Assembly: GCA_951406725.2 (NCBI GenBank)
Contig: OX597840.1
Coordinates: forward strand, 14,322,001-14,386,000
Direction of reading: 5' to 3'
Length of the DNA stretch: 64,000 bases
Source of the DNA: Octopus vulgaris
Taxonomy: Eukaryota
Shown here: positions 23,901 to 37,217 of the stretch, piece by piece
Layout of the letters: each line of letters begins with the position of its first letter
How positions within the stretch are numbered: the stretch's first letter is position 1
Program-made: the position numbers and the translations under genes
The notes under the pieces: model-generated
Told to the model about the DNA's origin: nothing
The model's database searches: none
What the model saw: the letters and a program-made list of their open reading frames with translations, nothing else

Positions 23901-24534
23901 GTATCTTGGCAAAACTGAAGTCATTTGAAATTTTATTGCGAATAACTCGACAACAATATCTACATCAATGGAGAGTGACTGAGGAAGTTCATGGCTACAT
24001 TTACCTTGGACTGAGAGTGATAAAGGATCTTCACTAAGAACTGACAGTGTGATGGAGAACGAAAGTGTGCTGGATCACATTCCCTAATCTGGATGTCATT
24101 GAGGTACAGACATGCACCGTTACGGCTCAAAGCACACGAGGAATTTATTTGTTCAGTCACCCGTTACAAGAAAGAAACTTTGGGATTCAGTGATACACTG
24201 TTGCAAAGATGATCCAGAATCCAACACAAGATGGAACTCAAATTGCTGCACAAAACAAGGCCCAATGGATCTGAGACAACCCAGAATTCATTGATATAAT
24301 CCCCTTGGTCAAGTGGTAGGAACATAAGTGGGTGGGGTACATCTAAAGAGCATAAGACAATTGAGGAACCAGACAGCTGATAGCATGGGGATCCTTCGAC
24401 TCCAAGCATCTAAGAGATCATTTGAACTGAAATGAAGGTTGTTAGGTGCCAGTGATTGGGTTGCTTGTTTAAACTGGATCCAGACAGCCAAAGATGGATG
24501 GTGGAGAGCAGAGTTGAGAAGGGGGGGATCTTTT

Positions 24535-24817
24535 ATCTTTTACTTGTTTCATACATCAGACTGTGCCCAAGCTGGGGCACTGCTTTGAAGAATTTTAGTT
24601 AAATAAATTTACTCCAGAACCTATTTCTGTTTTTCAGCCTGCTACTTTTTCTGTCAGTCTCATTTCCCAAACTGCTAGGTTATGGGGATAAGTGATGTAA
24701 ACACACCAACACTGGTTGTAAAAAGGGGACAAAAACAAACACAAAGAGATGCACACACAAACATACATACACACAAACAGACACACACATGTGTGTGTAA
24801 ATATATATATATATATG

Positions 24818-24856
<39 letters not shown>

Positions 24857-25018
24857 GATGAGTTTCTTTTGGTTTCCATGTACCAAATCCACACACAAGG
24901 CTTTACTTGGCCTAAGACCATAGTAGAGGACACTTGCTCAAGGTGCCTTGCAGTGGGACTGAACACAGGACCATGTGGATGGGAAGCAAACCTGTTACCT
25001 CACAGCCACAGCTATGCT
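24535..25018 (-). mobile_element. SINE family A copy
   Basis: Family A motifs on the minus strand. Confidence 0.8.
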
Positions 25019-25742
25019 TGTACATGTATGTTGCTGAAGAGGATGATGATGATGATGATATATCCACACACCCATACACACAAATTTAGACATGCATATT
25101 CATATATACACGCATGTATATACATATGTATACACATACACAAACACACAGATGCGTGTGCACATGCTTGTGTGTGTGTGTGTGAATAAATATCTATATA
25201 TGTGTATGCATATATGTAGGTGTTTGTGTGTGTGTGTGTGTGTGTGCATGTTTGCAGCTTCATTCCACAATGAAGTCAGCAGTTGCAGCTTCCCAGCAAG
25301 ATCAAAGAACCGTTTCCTGTAAAATATTGGTCTGGAACAGAAACAGCTGAAGAAAACCACTTCAGAGACAGGAATTGCAACCGAGACCATCTCAGAATGA
25401 TTGTAATTAACTGCAGATGGAAACCTTCCAGAAGCAAAGATTAATTCACTCGCTCCTCGTTGCCCCACTCCTATGAAGCATATAGGTCAGGGGCTGAAAT
25501 GCATGTTGCCCTGGGACAGCTGCAGAAGACGGGGAAGGGTTTTAAGCAATGTGATATTTAGTCATCATTAAGAGAAGGGCTTGCAATATCTTTTAAGCAG
25601 ATCTGGAGGATCTTGCTGGGAGCAAAGCATCTGTCGTGTTTGTTTCACCTGTATACACACCTCTCCTATTACACACATTGCACATGTGTGTATGTATGTA
25701 TAGTTATATAAGCACAAATATGTGTGTATATATATATGTATA

Positions 25743-25840
25743 TATATGGCAAATGAAAGACAGAAGATGGAATATGCAAGAATTTATTATTAACAATAAA
25801 TTCTTGTATATTCCGTCTTCTGCCTTTCATTTGCCATATA
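25743..25840. repeat. Near-perfect hairpin (46-bp arms, 6-nt loop)
   Basis: tatatggcaaatgaaagacagaagatggaatatgcaagaatttatt / aataaattcttgtatattccgtcttctgcctttcatttgccatata. Confidence 0.9.
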
Positions 25841-26614
25841 CCTAACGATCACTGTGAAAGTCACTGTGCTTTACCAGTAAGCTACCAGGTACAAAGCATT
25901 CATTTTATCCATTATACATACATACATACATATATATATATACTATATACACACGCACACATATATATATACACATACATATATATATACATAATTACAT
26001 ATATATGTACACATGCACACACATACATCTACACATTTACAGACACTCAAATACATACATACACTTCACACACACACACACTCACACACATACATGCACG
26101 CATACATACGTGATTATAGATATGTTGAGAAAGATCTCATAGTTAAGGCATGCCTCAACTCTGAGATCTTGTATTGATTTATGAATTTCTGTTCTGATTC
26201 CATTTCATAGAATGGTTTTCATGTTTGATTAAAGAACAGAAAACCACAACTACTTGGTCATTGTAGAAAATGGTGAAGTTTCTAAAAGAATGTAAAGAAT
26301 TCACCATATACGCATCCACACACATACGCAATCCGCAATCTCTCTCTCTTTCCACACACACACACACGCATGCATGCACCAGTGATGTCTGCTGTATGAA
26401 AGCCAAACATACAATGCATGCTTAAGGTATATCAGTCATCCACTTTTGTCTCTGTTGCAAAGAACCAATCAGATTTTCAACATAAATCTTGCATTTCTTT
26501 GAGAGAGACAACTTGAATAACGGTTGAAAGTTAGCGTATTATATGTACACGATATACCCACCGTATATACCCTGCAGTGATTATATGGCTTTGAATTTTA
26601 ATATTAAACGAACA

Positions 26615-26814
26615 AGCTTTGGTATTATGACTCAATCTCTTGCCCCACCCTCTCTCTCTCTCTCTGTCCCTCATCATATAATGTAGGTACATATATGTAG
26701 GAATATATATATAGTTATATATATACATATATATATACCTACATATATGATGAGGGACAGAGAGAGAGAGAGAGAGAGAGAGAGGGCAGGAGATTGAGTC
26801 ATAATACCATAGCT
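26615..26814. repeat. Fold-back inverted repeat containing (CT)n/(AG)n and a (TA)n centre
   Basis: ggtattatgactcaatctc...ctgtccctcatcatata versus tatatgatgagggacag...gagattgagtcataatacc. Confidence 0.85.
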
Positions 26815-27657
26815 AGTATGATGTATATATGTATGTATATGTATGTATATGTATGTATATGCACGTATGTAAGTATGTATGTATGAATATATATGTAGTT
26901 ATATATATGTGTATGTATGTATGTATATATATATATATATGTATATATATGTATATGTATATATAAGTGTATGTGTATATACATGTGTGTGTGTTTATAT
27001 ATGTACATATATGTATGTATATATGTACATGCATACATACATATATGTGTGTGTATATATATACATACATGTATGTATGTATGTATGTATGTATGTATAG
27101 ATAGATAGACAGATAGAGCTGTAATCCAAGATGTGTCCTCTTGAGGCATGTCTGCTTATTCCAGTATTCCAAATCCGTATGTAGATCTTATAATTGTGTG
27201 AGACGTGCAGAAGGGTTGAAAAAGACTGGAAAATAGTATTTGCAGAGTAATTATGTATCAAAACAAGAGATTGGAAAAACTTTTTGTTATTATCTATTCA
27301 CCATTACATGAAAAGAATGAAAAAATCTATAAAAAGTTCTTGAGACAGAGAATTGAAATACAAAGTTTACACTTGGAGGAGGCTGCATAAGGCAGGAAAG
27401 TATTTTCCTATTGCTTAGTGTCGTACATGTCATTGCAATATGGGGAGTATGTATGCATACATATATGTGTGTATGTGAGCATGTGTGGAATCGTTTGTCT
27501 AGTGATTAAGGTGATTCTTAGAGAAGTAATTTACTTCATGAGTATCAGAAATTTTAACATGCATACACACACGCGTAATGCAGGTGATGACAGGTATTTA
27601 AGAAACCTAATAAAATATTTAAAAAATTTACCAAATTGAAAAAAAACTCAATATATA

Positions 27658-28102
27658 GGCGTAGGAGTGGTTGTGTGGTAAGTAGCTTGCTTACCAACCA
27701 CATGGTTCCAGGTTCAGTCCTACTGTGTGGCACCTTGGGCAAGTGTCTTCTACTATAGCCTCGGGCTGACCAAAGCCTTGTGAGTGGATTTGCTAGACGG
27801 AAACTGAAAGAAGCCCATCGTGTATGTATATATATATATATATACATATACGTATGTATATACATACATATATATGTATGTATGTATGTATGTGTGTGTG
27901 TGTCCGTGTTTGTCCCCCCAAGATCGCTTGACAACCGATGCTAGTGTGTTTATGTCCCCGTAACTTAATGGTTCGGCAAAAGACACCGATAGAATAAGTA
28001 CTAGGCTTACAAAGAATAAGTCCTGGGGTCAATTTGCTCGACTAAAGGCGGTGCTCCAGCATGGCCACAGTCAAATGACTGAAACAAGTAAAAGAGTAAG
28101 AG
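27658..28102 (+). mobile_element. SINE family A, full length
   Basis: ggcgtaggagtggttgtgtggtaag ... gaaacaagtaaaagagtaagag. Confidence 0.9.
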
Positions 28103-28138
28103 TATATTTTTAAAAATGTAGGCATATGCAGCCAGGAC

Positions 28139-28543
28139 TAGGGTTGGATTAAGATCCATTGAAGCCCTAAGCACTTAAAAGATTTTGGTGTCCCATAAAA
28201 GATTATGTCATTCAAAATATAAACAATAACAAACCATAAAATAAATTTTTATTTTTCAAGACAAAACAAAACCGTAAGAGAGAAAATGGTGTTATTTTTT
28301 TTTTGTATACTTTCATTTTATTTATATTTGAAAATTTTCCTCCCACTTTTTTGAATTGTAAATGCTTTGATCAGACCCTCAAAATTAATCTTAGGTTACA
28401 CATCTGCATCTATACTTAGAGATAAAGGCTTCCCAAATATTACTTTAGCAAATTTAAAGTGATTTACCATGTCTATGGTGCCCCCTCCTTCCCTTGATGC
28501 CCTAAGCATGGGCTTATTTTGCTTAATGGTTAATCCAGTGCTG
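28139..28543. mobile_element. hAT-like MITE
   Basis: Imperfect TIRs tagggttggattaa / ttaatccagtgctg; 8-bp flanking duplication gccaggac (28131-28138) / accaggac (28544-28551). Confidence 0.65.
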
Positions 28544-29619
28544 ACCAGGACACTTAATACCAGCCCCAGCCATGGCCAAAATGGTTCACATTTACAACCA
28601 GATATACTAAAGATACTAAACATTGAATAAAATCACCCACAAATGCCAATGCTGGCTGAAATATAACCTGTGTAGCAGTCCTGTCTTAAGGTGCTGAAAT
28701 TGTCATTACCTCTGTGTGATAGCTGATGAAGAGAGTACTGTGTTTGTGTCAGTTTTGTTTCAGTTCTGTTTCTACCTCCTTATAAATTTTCCTTGTCCTC
28801 TATGCCTACTTTCTTGAATTTTGGTCACTAAAGTAGGTTATATGTTGCCCTACACTTTCACTATACATGCCAATATACCCTACTCTCTCTCTCTCTGTAT
28901 ACACACACTCACCTTTGTTCTCTCCTTGCCATTTACCCTGATTTCTCTGTTGCTGCTAAGACATTTGCTTCAAACCACTCTGTTCTAAGTTCAGTCACAC
29001 TCTTCTGTACATCAAATATTTTCCAAAAACAGAGTTTGACCGATATTTTGTGAGTGAAGTTTGGCAGGCAGACATGAGTGGAAGTCTGCTGTGCATGCTC
29101 ACGCACGCACGCACGCTTTGTCACTTATAAAGGCTTCTGCAATGGAGAAAATCCTTTTGTTGAAAACAGGTAAGGGTTGATGACAGGAGGAGCATCCAGC
29201 CATAAAATGCTTCCACAAAATAACTCATCAGCCACACTCTGGAAAAATCAAGAAAACAGACATGGAATGAATGAAAGAATATATATGTATATGCGTATGT
29301 ATGTATGCATGTATGTACAGACACACATACATACGTGCATACATGTGTGCATGCACACACACACACACACACACACATGAATATAAAATTGGTGTTGAAG
29401 CAATGTTGTGTCCCTTAATGTCACCCAGCGTTTCAACAAATGAAATAAACTGAAATGAATTGCCCCAGAATGGCTGCAGTCCAATGACTGAAACCAGAGA
29501 AAGAAAAGAGGTATGGGTCCAAGTGCACACGGCCAGAATATTGGCACTCTTTAGACAATATTGTGGGAAAGGCTTTTGTGAGTTCAAGCGCAACCCCACT
29601 CCAGTTCTTCTCATCTCCC

Positions 29620-29790
29620 CTTCTTCTTCTTCTTCTTCTTCTTCTTCTTCTTCTTCTTCTTCTTCTTCTTCTTCTTCTTCTTCTTCTTTTTCTTCTTTTT
29701 CTTCTTCTTTTCTTTTCTTCTTCTTTTCTTCTTCTTTTCTTCTTCTTTTTCTTCTTCTTCTTCTCCACCGTTTTCTTTTTCTCTTCCTCT
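29620..29790. repeat. (TTC)n microsatellite
   Basis: Direct reading; source of the poly-E, poly-K, poly-R and poly-S ORFs. Confidence 0.95.
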
Positions 29791-29959
29791 CCACCTGTCC
29801 CCCCACATTCCCTCCCATCCCCACCTCCGCACATCTCTTCCCATCCCTTTTCAATCCACAGTAGGATAGTTTCCACGTTTCCCTGCACACACACACGCGT
29901 GTATATATATGTGCCCGCATGCATGCGTGCATGTGTGTGTGTGTGTATATCAGTTTTAT

Positions 29960-30210
29960 TCTCAACAAAAAGAACGAATGCAGCAGCGCTCCCTGCAGCT
30001 TAGTTTCCATCGCCAGAGAAAAAGGATGGCGTTAGTGCTCTCCCCTTGTCACGACTGACGCAGCTGATTCCGACAAAGTTAAAGAAAATAACGGGACCCC
30101 ATAAAAGGGAATGGCCAAATCCACCTCATCGAGATTCGAACTCAGAACACGGACAGGCAGTATTCGTCGTTTTTCTTATTTGTCATTTTAAGAGCGTCAC
30201 CGATCGTGTC
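29960..30210. promoter_or_regulatory. Locally CpG-rich, mostly unique segment; possible promoter
   Basis: Many CpGs in an otherwise CpG-poor window; candidate + strand splice donors downstream. Confidence 0.3.
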
Positions 30211-31046
30211 CAAATAATTTAATAAAAAACATGTCTTGTTTTTCTGCAGTTTAACTTCTATTCAACAATGAATCTACGATACCAGTTGAGATTTTGGAAA
30301 TTAAACTTATTCCGTGATCTCCATTAATAGTTTCAAATGAGTTGTTTTTTTTGTTTTTTTTCGCACCTGGAAATCTAAAATAAGTTTTAGTTTAAAAGAA
30401 TGACATAAGCAGTTACCTCCCTTGATAATAGCATCGTTCGTTTTATCTGGACTTCAAAGTTTCTTTGACTACGACGACCAGGACAGGTGATACTTACTAT
30501 TGTTGTTTCTGTTGATTAACCTCCTGGTCAGTCGTGACCAAGGTGTTCCAACCATGACCATCCATATGTCACGAAATCAAACTTCAAATGTAGCATTTAT
30601 TTAGAATATAAAGTTAGAAGGAATGTCTTGTAGGCTAATGGTTCTGTCAGCTCACCACCTTCAGTAAAAGGGTTGGTGCAAGCATGTCCTACCAAAGCTT
30701 TGGGATGGCCCACCGATTGTGAATGAAATTGAATCAAAACTCAATCAGCTGAATATTAGCTCAATCTGCTTTTGGGTGGAGGAAACTTTGTCAGTCATTT
30801 CATTTAACACAGTCACTGGGTCCTAGGCTGCCTTGAGCAGAACTATCTACTCTGTTCTAAGTATTTAGCCCAGACAGGGGCACCAATCTGAGGTTAAGCT
30901 GATAACCTGATGTTTGCTTTTTATTGTAGTTGCTTACAAGTCCTGAATTGTTCCTCCTTTCCAGCAGTTTCAAAGGCCCTGCAAAATTGTGGTGGCCACT
31001 GTCCTTTCATTTCTGAGTTATAAAGGACAAACGATGTTTTGTTCAG

Positions 31047-31121
31047 CAAAATGTCACCTCAGTGAGGAATACGAGGAAGTGACCTTCCCTGAGGTTTCCA
31101 GGAGCACATAAACATCAGATG
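31047..31121 (+). other. Candidate exon (non-coding or 5' UTR, ending in ATG)
   Basis: gttttgttcag|CAAAAT...CAGATG|gtaagg; stops in all three frames before the terminal ATG. Confidence 0.3.
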
Positions 31122-32139
31122 GTAAGGCACTGAGAAAAGTCTGGTGACTTTATATTAATGTCCCTTTAAATTCTGAATTTGAGTCGTGCTCAGATTGTTT
31201 GTCTGTCATCCTTTTCCAAGGCTGATAAAATAATGTAACATTCAAATCCTGAAATTGAATTAAAAACTTTCTTTAAACTGGCTGAAATGTAAATGGAATC
31301 ATAAAAGACCAATTCTGTCTTTCAACTTTCTGCGATTGATAGAATAAAGTAACTGTCAGATGCTGGGGTCAAATGAACTTACTACAGCAACCCCAATCTA
31401 TGTGTTTCTGAGTTCAAATCTTATCAACGTCTGTCAGCTTTCCTTTTCATTCCATCACAGTGGATAAAATAAAGGACCTGTCAATTAAAGGGGTCGATAT
31501 AATCAACTCATCTTTCTTCTGGTGTTTTATCTTTTAAACTGATTTTGTAAGTGAGTTTGTCACAATTTAGTTGCATCTGATTAAATGCTGAGTCCAAATC
31601 CAGCTAAAGCCATACTTTTCCATCCTTCCAGAACCGATAAAGAGGATAAGAATTCGGTATTCTTGTTGTTGGTTAGTCCCAGGTCATACATGACCTAAGT
31701 TACATCTTTTTATCAAATCTTAAGAGGAGTCTAGCAAAATCGACCAGTTGAACAGTCAAGGGAGATAACTAACTCCCACCAGGTATTTTCACATTAAATT
31801 TGTTTTAACAAATATTATTTTGCCTTAGAGATTTGTCAGAGTTTTTTCCCTTGGACCATATAAACACTTTCACTTTCGTTTTCCAAACGACTTTTTCTTT
31901 ATATTTTTCCATGTTTTATTTTAGTAGATTAGGGTTTGGTGACTCTGGCCATTATAAATTGAAATATGTATCATCATCATTTAACACCCATTTTTATGTG
32001 ACATGTGTATATATACATATCTCTATATATATTATGCTTTCAGTTAAACGAATGAAAGCGCTAATAAAGAATTACCCAAAATTCTGACTGCCTCCTTTTT
32101 CTTAATACACCATATCTGGACATAACATCAAACACTCTC

Positions 32140-32546
32140 TACATACATACACACACACACATACATACATAATACATACACATACATCCACATACACACA
32201 TACGTGCATGCACACACACACACATATACACCCACATACATACATACATGCATGCATACACTCACACACGCATGCATACACACATACATAATACATACAT
32301 ACATACACATACACCCACATACACACATACATCATGCATGCATGCATACACACACACACGCATGCATGCACACACACACATACATAATACATACACATAC
32401 ACCCACATACATACATACATACATACATGCATGCATACACACACATACATAATACATACACATACACCCACATACATACATACATGCATGCATACACACA
32501 CACGCATGCATGCACACGCATACACACACACACACACACACACACA
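32140..32546. repeat. Compound (CA)n/(CATA)n/(CATG)n array with higher-order repeats
   Basis: Direct reading. Confidence 0.9.
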
Positions 32547-32550
32547 TTCT

Positions 32551-32821
32551 TTTACTTGATTCATTCATTTTAACTGAAGCCATGCTGGAGCACAGCCTAA
32601 TAGTCGAACAAATCAACCCCTGGACTTGTTCTTTGTAAGCCTAGTACTTTTTCTATCGGTCACTTTCGCTGAACTTCTAAGTTATGGGGACGCAAATGAA
32701 CCAGCATCGGCTGTCAAACAATGGTGGTGAGGACTAACAGAGAAACATCCATCTACCAAATCCACTCACAAGGCTTTGGTCAGCCCAAGGCTACAGTAGA
32801 AGACACTTGCCCAAGGTGCCA
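32551..32821 (-). mobile_element. SINE family A copy, internally deleted
   Basis: ccatgctggagcac...ctttgtaagcctagtac...gacacttgcccaaggtgcca. Confidence 0.8.
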
Positions 32822-33329
32822 TACATATATTATATACCCTACTGATTATATATATATATATATATTATTGCATACACGCAAACATTATTCTCTTAGATTA
32901 ATTTTCTCTCTGTTTCCCTCTCTTCCTCTCTCCCCATACACACTCACACAAAACCTTGTTTTTCTGTTGTTTCTGTGTAATCAAGTTTGATGCTATACTC
33001 ATATATGCATACATAGGTGTATAAGTATGTACATACATGCTTTTAACCAACTTTCAAAGCCAGCAGAATTATTATTAAAAACTGTATGGAAGTTTTATCA
33101 TTAAAAAAGTTTATTATTGAATATTTTTCCTATCCACTTATGATTAAAGTTTTCTGTAATGATACAGAACAATATTGTGTACCCTGAGGAAATGGTTCTG
33201 GACTTTGGGGATTTCTCTTCAGGAAGAAATCATCACATCTGCTTTTGATATTGTCATTATATTGGAGAATCATTGGAATGGAAATGTTTCTAAAAAAAAG
33301 TAAAGACAGAAATTGTTCAGACAACTATT

Positions 33330-34500
33330 TAAAAAGTATATATATATATTAATGCGTATGTGCGCATGTGTATTTGTGTATGTGTGTGTGTGTTTATATA
33401 TCTGACCAGAGATTTCTTGATTATTGATATATAACAGTAATACCTTGATATGTGAGTTAAATTGTTCCTGGAGACTGCTCGTAAAACAAAGACTTGTAAA
33501 GCAGAGCAATAATTTCCCATAGTAGCAATGTAATACATTGTAATTCCTTACCAGAAAAATACTTTACCCATAAAATGTATAATACTCATAAATAAATTGT
33601 AATAAAACAACAGTAGAATGTAAAGAGAAAATCTTCAGCAAGGCTTCCTCCCCACCCCTTTTTCACATTTTTTACACCACCCCACTTTTGGCTAGGGGGA
33701 ATACGAATCTGCCAAAAAATTGACATTTTTAAATGACTACTCCACCCCCATTTCCTTCATTTTTTATTGTATTCAGAAATTTCTATTTCAAAATATGCAG
33801 GAAAATACAAAGATTATGATTCTGAAAAAAATTTTCAAAAATTTTCATTAAATTTTTTTTTTGTAAATATGCGGAAAAATACAGACATTATGATTCGGAC
33901 AAAAATTTCAAAACGTTTCTGTAGTTACAGTTAGGGTTAGGGTTTTAGGGTTAGGGTTCGGGTTAGTGTTGGGGAAAAAGTCAAAATTAAAGAATTTGGT
34001 GGGGGAAGGGGGGTGGGTTAACAGTGCCAATTTTGGGCAATTTTCCAGAACCTCCATGTCCAAAAACAGGGGTTTTTGCAAAAAAAAAAATTTTTTTTAA
34101 TAAACAGATTAGGGAGAAAATGTGGTGGGGTTGGGACGGGCAGCAGTCTTTCCAAATATTCTTTACATTTTGCTGTAAAGTAAAAAGAATGTCAAGATCA
34201 TTTATAATAAAAAATATATATATTAATGCGTGTGTGCGCATGTATATTTGTGTATGTATGTGTGTGTATATTTGTGTATGTGTGTGTGTTTATATATCTT
34301 ACCAGAGGTTTCTTGATTATTGATATATAACAGTAATGCCTTGATATATGAGTTAAATTGTTCCTGGAGACTAGAAAATACTTTACCCATAAAATTTATA
34401 ATACTCATAAATAAATTGCAATAAAACAACAAATATTCTTTACATTCTACTGTTAAGTAAAAAGAATGTCAAGATCAATTACAATAAAAAAATATTATTA
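33330..34500. repeat. Composite repeat: direct duplications around a core with a TTAGGG-like tract
   Basis: About 33345-33610 resembles about 34218-34430; about 34155-34215 resembles about 34431-34495; ttagggttagggttttagggttaggg at 33931-33966. Confidence 0.7.
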
Positions 34501-34656
34501 CTATTATAATCGTTTTCTGAATCACTTTTGCTTGCTCTGGACTTGTGCACACCATCTCTTGTAGACACAATCGCTGATTCCCAAACACTCGTAGACAGAC
34601 GTGCAGATTTCTCTTTAAAGACTAATTTGATTTATTTTCTAAGAAGAAGCTTTTAA

Positions 34657-34890
34657 GGTGGTGTGATGGCACAAACGTTAGCGCACCGGGCGAAATGCTT
34701 AGCAGTATTTCGTCTGCTGCTACGTTCTGAGTTCAAATTCCGCTGCGGTCAACTTTGCCTTTCATCCTTTCGAGGTCAATTAAATAAGTACCAGTTACGC
34801 ACTGGGGTTGATATAATCGACTTAATCCATTTGTCTGTCCTTGTTCGTCCCCTCTGTGTGTGTAGCCCTTGTGGGCAATAAAGAAATAAG
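34657..34890 (+). mobile_element. SINE family B, full length
   Basis: tggcacaaacgttagcgcaccgggcgaaatgc...gcctttcatcctttcgaggtc...aataaagaaataag. Confidence 0.85.
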
Positions 34891-35156
34891 AAGAAGCTTT
34901 TTTTTTTGTTCTCTATAAATTTATCGGTAACACACAGAAGCATTTGTTATGGTACGCTTTGTTTTTGGATTTTGTGCTTGAAAAATAAGACTCGCAAACC
35001 CAGGGTCTCATAAAGCAGATTCTCATAATGTGAGTTATTACTGTATCTACATTTGTTAAATTCCTGTTTGTTTGTCCATGTTTGAGTATTTTCTATAGTC
35101 ATATGTAATAGGTTGTGGAGACAGGGGTTTATCTGACCTTGTCAAATCCACCTTAA

Positions 35157-35377
35157 CCCTTTTGTTACCAACCCGGCTGAAACCAGTTCTGGCTCTGAGT
35201 ACAAATGTCTTGTTTTCATACATTTTGAATCAAAATCTTCCACCAAAACTTAGTCACAATTTATGCTCCTAACATTAGCTGAATGATAACTAAGTTATTT
35301 TACTAAATTCTTTGTTATATTTAAAATTAATTGAAAGAAACACAGAGCACCTCAACAGAAATACGGCAACAAAAGGG
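35157..35377. mobile_element. piggyBac-like MITE (family P1)
   Basis: TTAA flanks; TIRs cccttttgttacc / ggcaacaaaaggg. Confidence 0.85.
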
Positions 35378-35408
35378 TTAAAATATATAATAGAGAAGCA
35401 ATTCTTAA

Positions 35409-35631
35409 CCCTTTTGTTACCAACCCGGTTGAAACCAGTTCTGGCTCTGAGTACAGATGTCTTGTTTTCATAAGTTCTGAATGAAAATCTTCCACCAAAC
35501 CTTAGTCACAATTTATGTTCCTAACACTAGCTTAATGATAACTGAGTTATTTTACTAAATTCTTTGGTATATTTAAAGTAATTGAAAGAAACACAGAGCA
35601 CCTCAACAGGAATGCAGTAACAAAAGGGGGG
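35409..35631. mobile_element. piggyBac-like MITE (family P1), second adjacent copy
   Basis: TTAA flanks, same TIRs, high similarity to 35157-35377. Confidence 0.85.
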
Positions 35632-35776
35632 TTAATCTGGTTATCTGTGTGTTTGTGTGTGTTTGTGTGTGTATTTCCACACGTAGAAGGAGAAGCATCG
35701 CTCTGAGGAGGTTGGAGCATAAAAAGACTAATAATGTTTTATCTCATGCTTTAATCACTTTTCTTGTTGTTGTTAG

Positions 35777-35809
35777 GAACCTTGCACAAAAGAGCAAACA
35801 CATGCAACA
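35777..35809 (+). other. Candidate 33-nt micro-exon
   Basis: ttttcttgttgttgttag|GAACCT...GCAACA|gtaagt; consensus splice sites, length a multiple of 3, all frames open. Confidence 0.35.
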
Positions 35810-36857
35810 GTAAGTAAAATGTTTAGGGTTCCGTTCTGCCATTAACCTCTATGCAAATTTTGAAACATTTTATTTTGCTTTTTGCTTCATCGCTCTTCCT
35901 TTTCTTCCCGGTTGATTGATTTCATTCTATGAAATGGTTTAGGGATCTTCCTCTCTGACACAGTGTGTGTTTATACACTGCCACACACCTATTTTACATA
36001 CATAAACGCACACTTCAAATGAATACAGATACAAGGTTATAAACACATACACATGATGACTTATACACACATACATACACAGATACTTGCCTGACACATG
36101 GCTACTTGTCCTATTAGAAAGAGCAGCTAAACCTCTGTCAAATCAAATCTGACCACCTTCAATAAACATTGGATGATATAGTTTGAGACATACAAACCCC
36201 TAAATCGATGGGGTGGTCAGTGGCTTTTGATTTGTGGTCTGTTTGATCGCAGCTGACCTGTAGACTAAATGGTAACACTATTATTATAGACACAAACACG
36301 CACTTATTAACACACACATACACACACAAACACACATACATATCAATTCACACACATACACAAACACATTAACACACACATACACACACAAACACACGTA
36401 CATATCAATTCACACACATACACAAACACATTAACACATACAAACACACACGTATTAACACACACATACATGTGTCTGTGTGTGTATTAATACACGCACA
36501 CATATACACATACATACATTAATACACACACACATTAATACACACATGCATACATACACACAAGTTGACCCTATGCCACTGCTATTTACTCCAAGGTGAT
36601 TGGTACCCTAAATGCTTTCTATTGCCTGATTGGTTGAAATATTCCCTTCCTCTGCTTATTGGATTTGCGGGTCAGAACTTTGTTTCCTGGTTTCAAACAT
36701 TTCTCATAATTTGATTGGCTAACAAACTTTCCAAATAACTTTCAGCAATTTCATTGGTTGACAAGCTTTGCTATTTCTTAATCATGAGTAAATTAATATT
36801 AACGCAATTAATATATAAAGAAATAAAAACATAACTAAGACACAAATAATTATATAG

Positions 36858-37217
36858 TGGCACTCTGTTGGTTATGACAACGAGAGTTGATCTGATTAAT
36901 GGAACAGCCTGCTCATGAAATTAATGTGCAAGTGGCTGATACTCCACGGACATGTGTACCCTTAACATAGTTCTCAGGAGAGATTCAGCATGGCACAGAG
37001 TGTGACAAGGTTGGCTTTTGAAATACAGGTACAACAGAAACAGGAAGAAAGAGTGAGAGAAAGGGTACAGCAGGGTTTGCCACCACCACCTGCCAGAGCC
37101 TTATAGAGCTTTAGGTGTTTTCGCTCAATAAACACTCACAACACCTGGTCTGGGAATTGAAACCGCAATCCTATGACTGCGAGTTTGCTGCCCTAACCAC
37201 TGGGCCATTGCACCTCC
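36858..37217 (-). mobile_element. SINE family C variant
   Basis: 3' part matches 1120-1262 in reverse; head taaccactgggccattgcacc. Confidence 0.75.

Larger units (their letters stand above)
22930..24500 (+). pseudogene. Decayed RTE-clade LINE reverse transcriptase, interrupted by mariner and SINE fragments
   Basis: LDFHEPQEQTYFYAGF resembles D..QP.EQAGFR.GF; KYSVPLCFAF; VWKALEN; QGDNTS resembles QGD..SP; IYINGE; IDIIPLVKW*EHKWVGYI*RA*DN resembles KWAGHI.R..DNRW; many stops. Confidence 0.75.

Noticed and set aside
29228-30010. Longest ORF (260 aa, poly-E/K/R)
   Set aside because: It stays open because it crosses (GAA)n and (CA)n microsatellites and a SINE tail; no domain is recognisable
33931-33966. 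True telomere
   Set aside because: Only about six degenerate units, internal to a composite repeat
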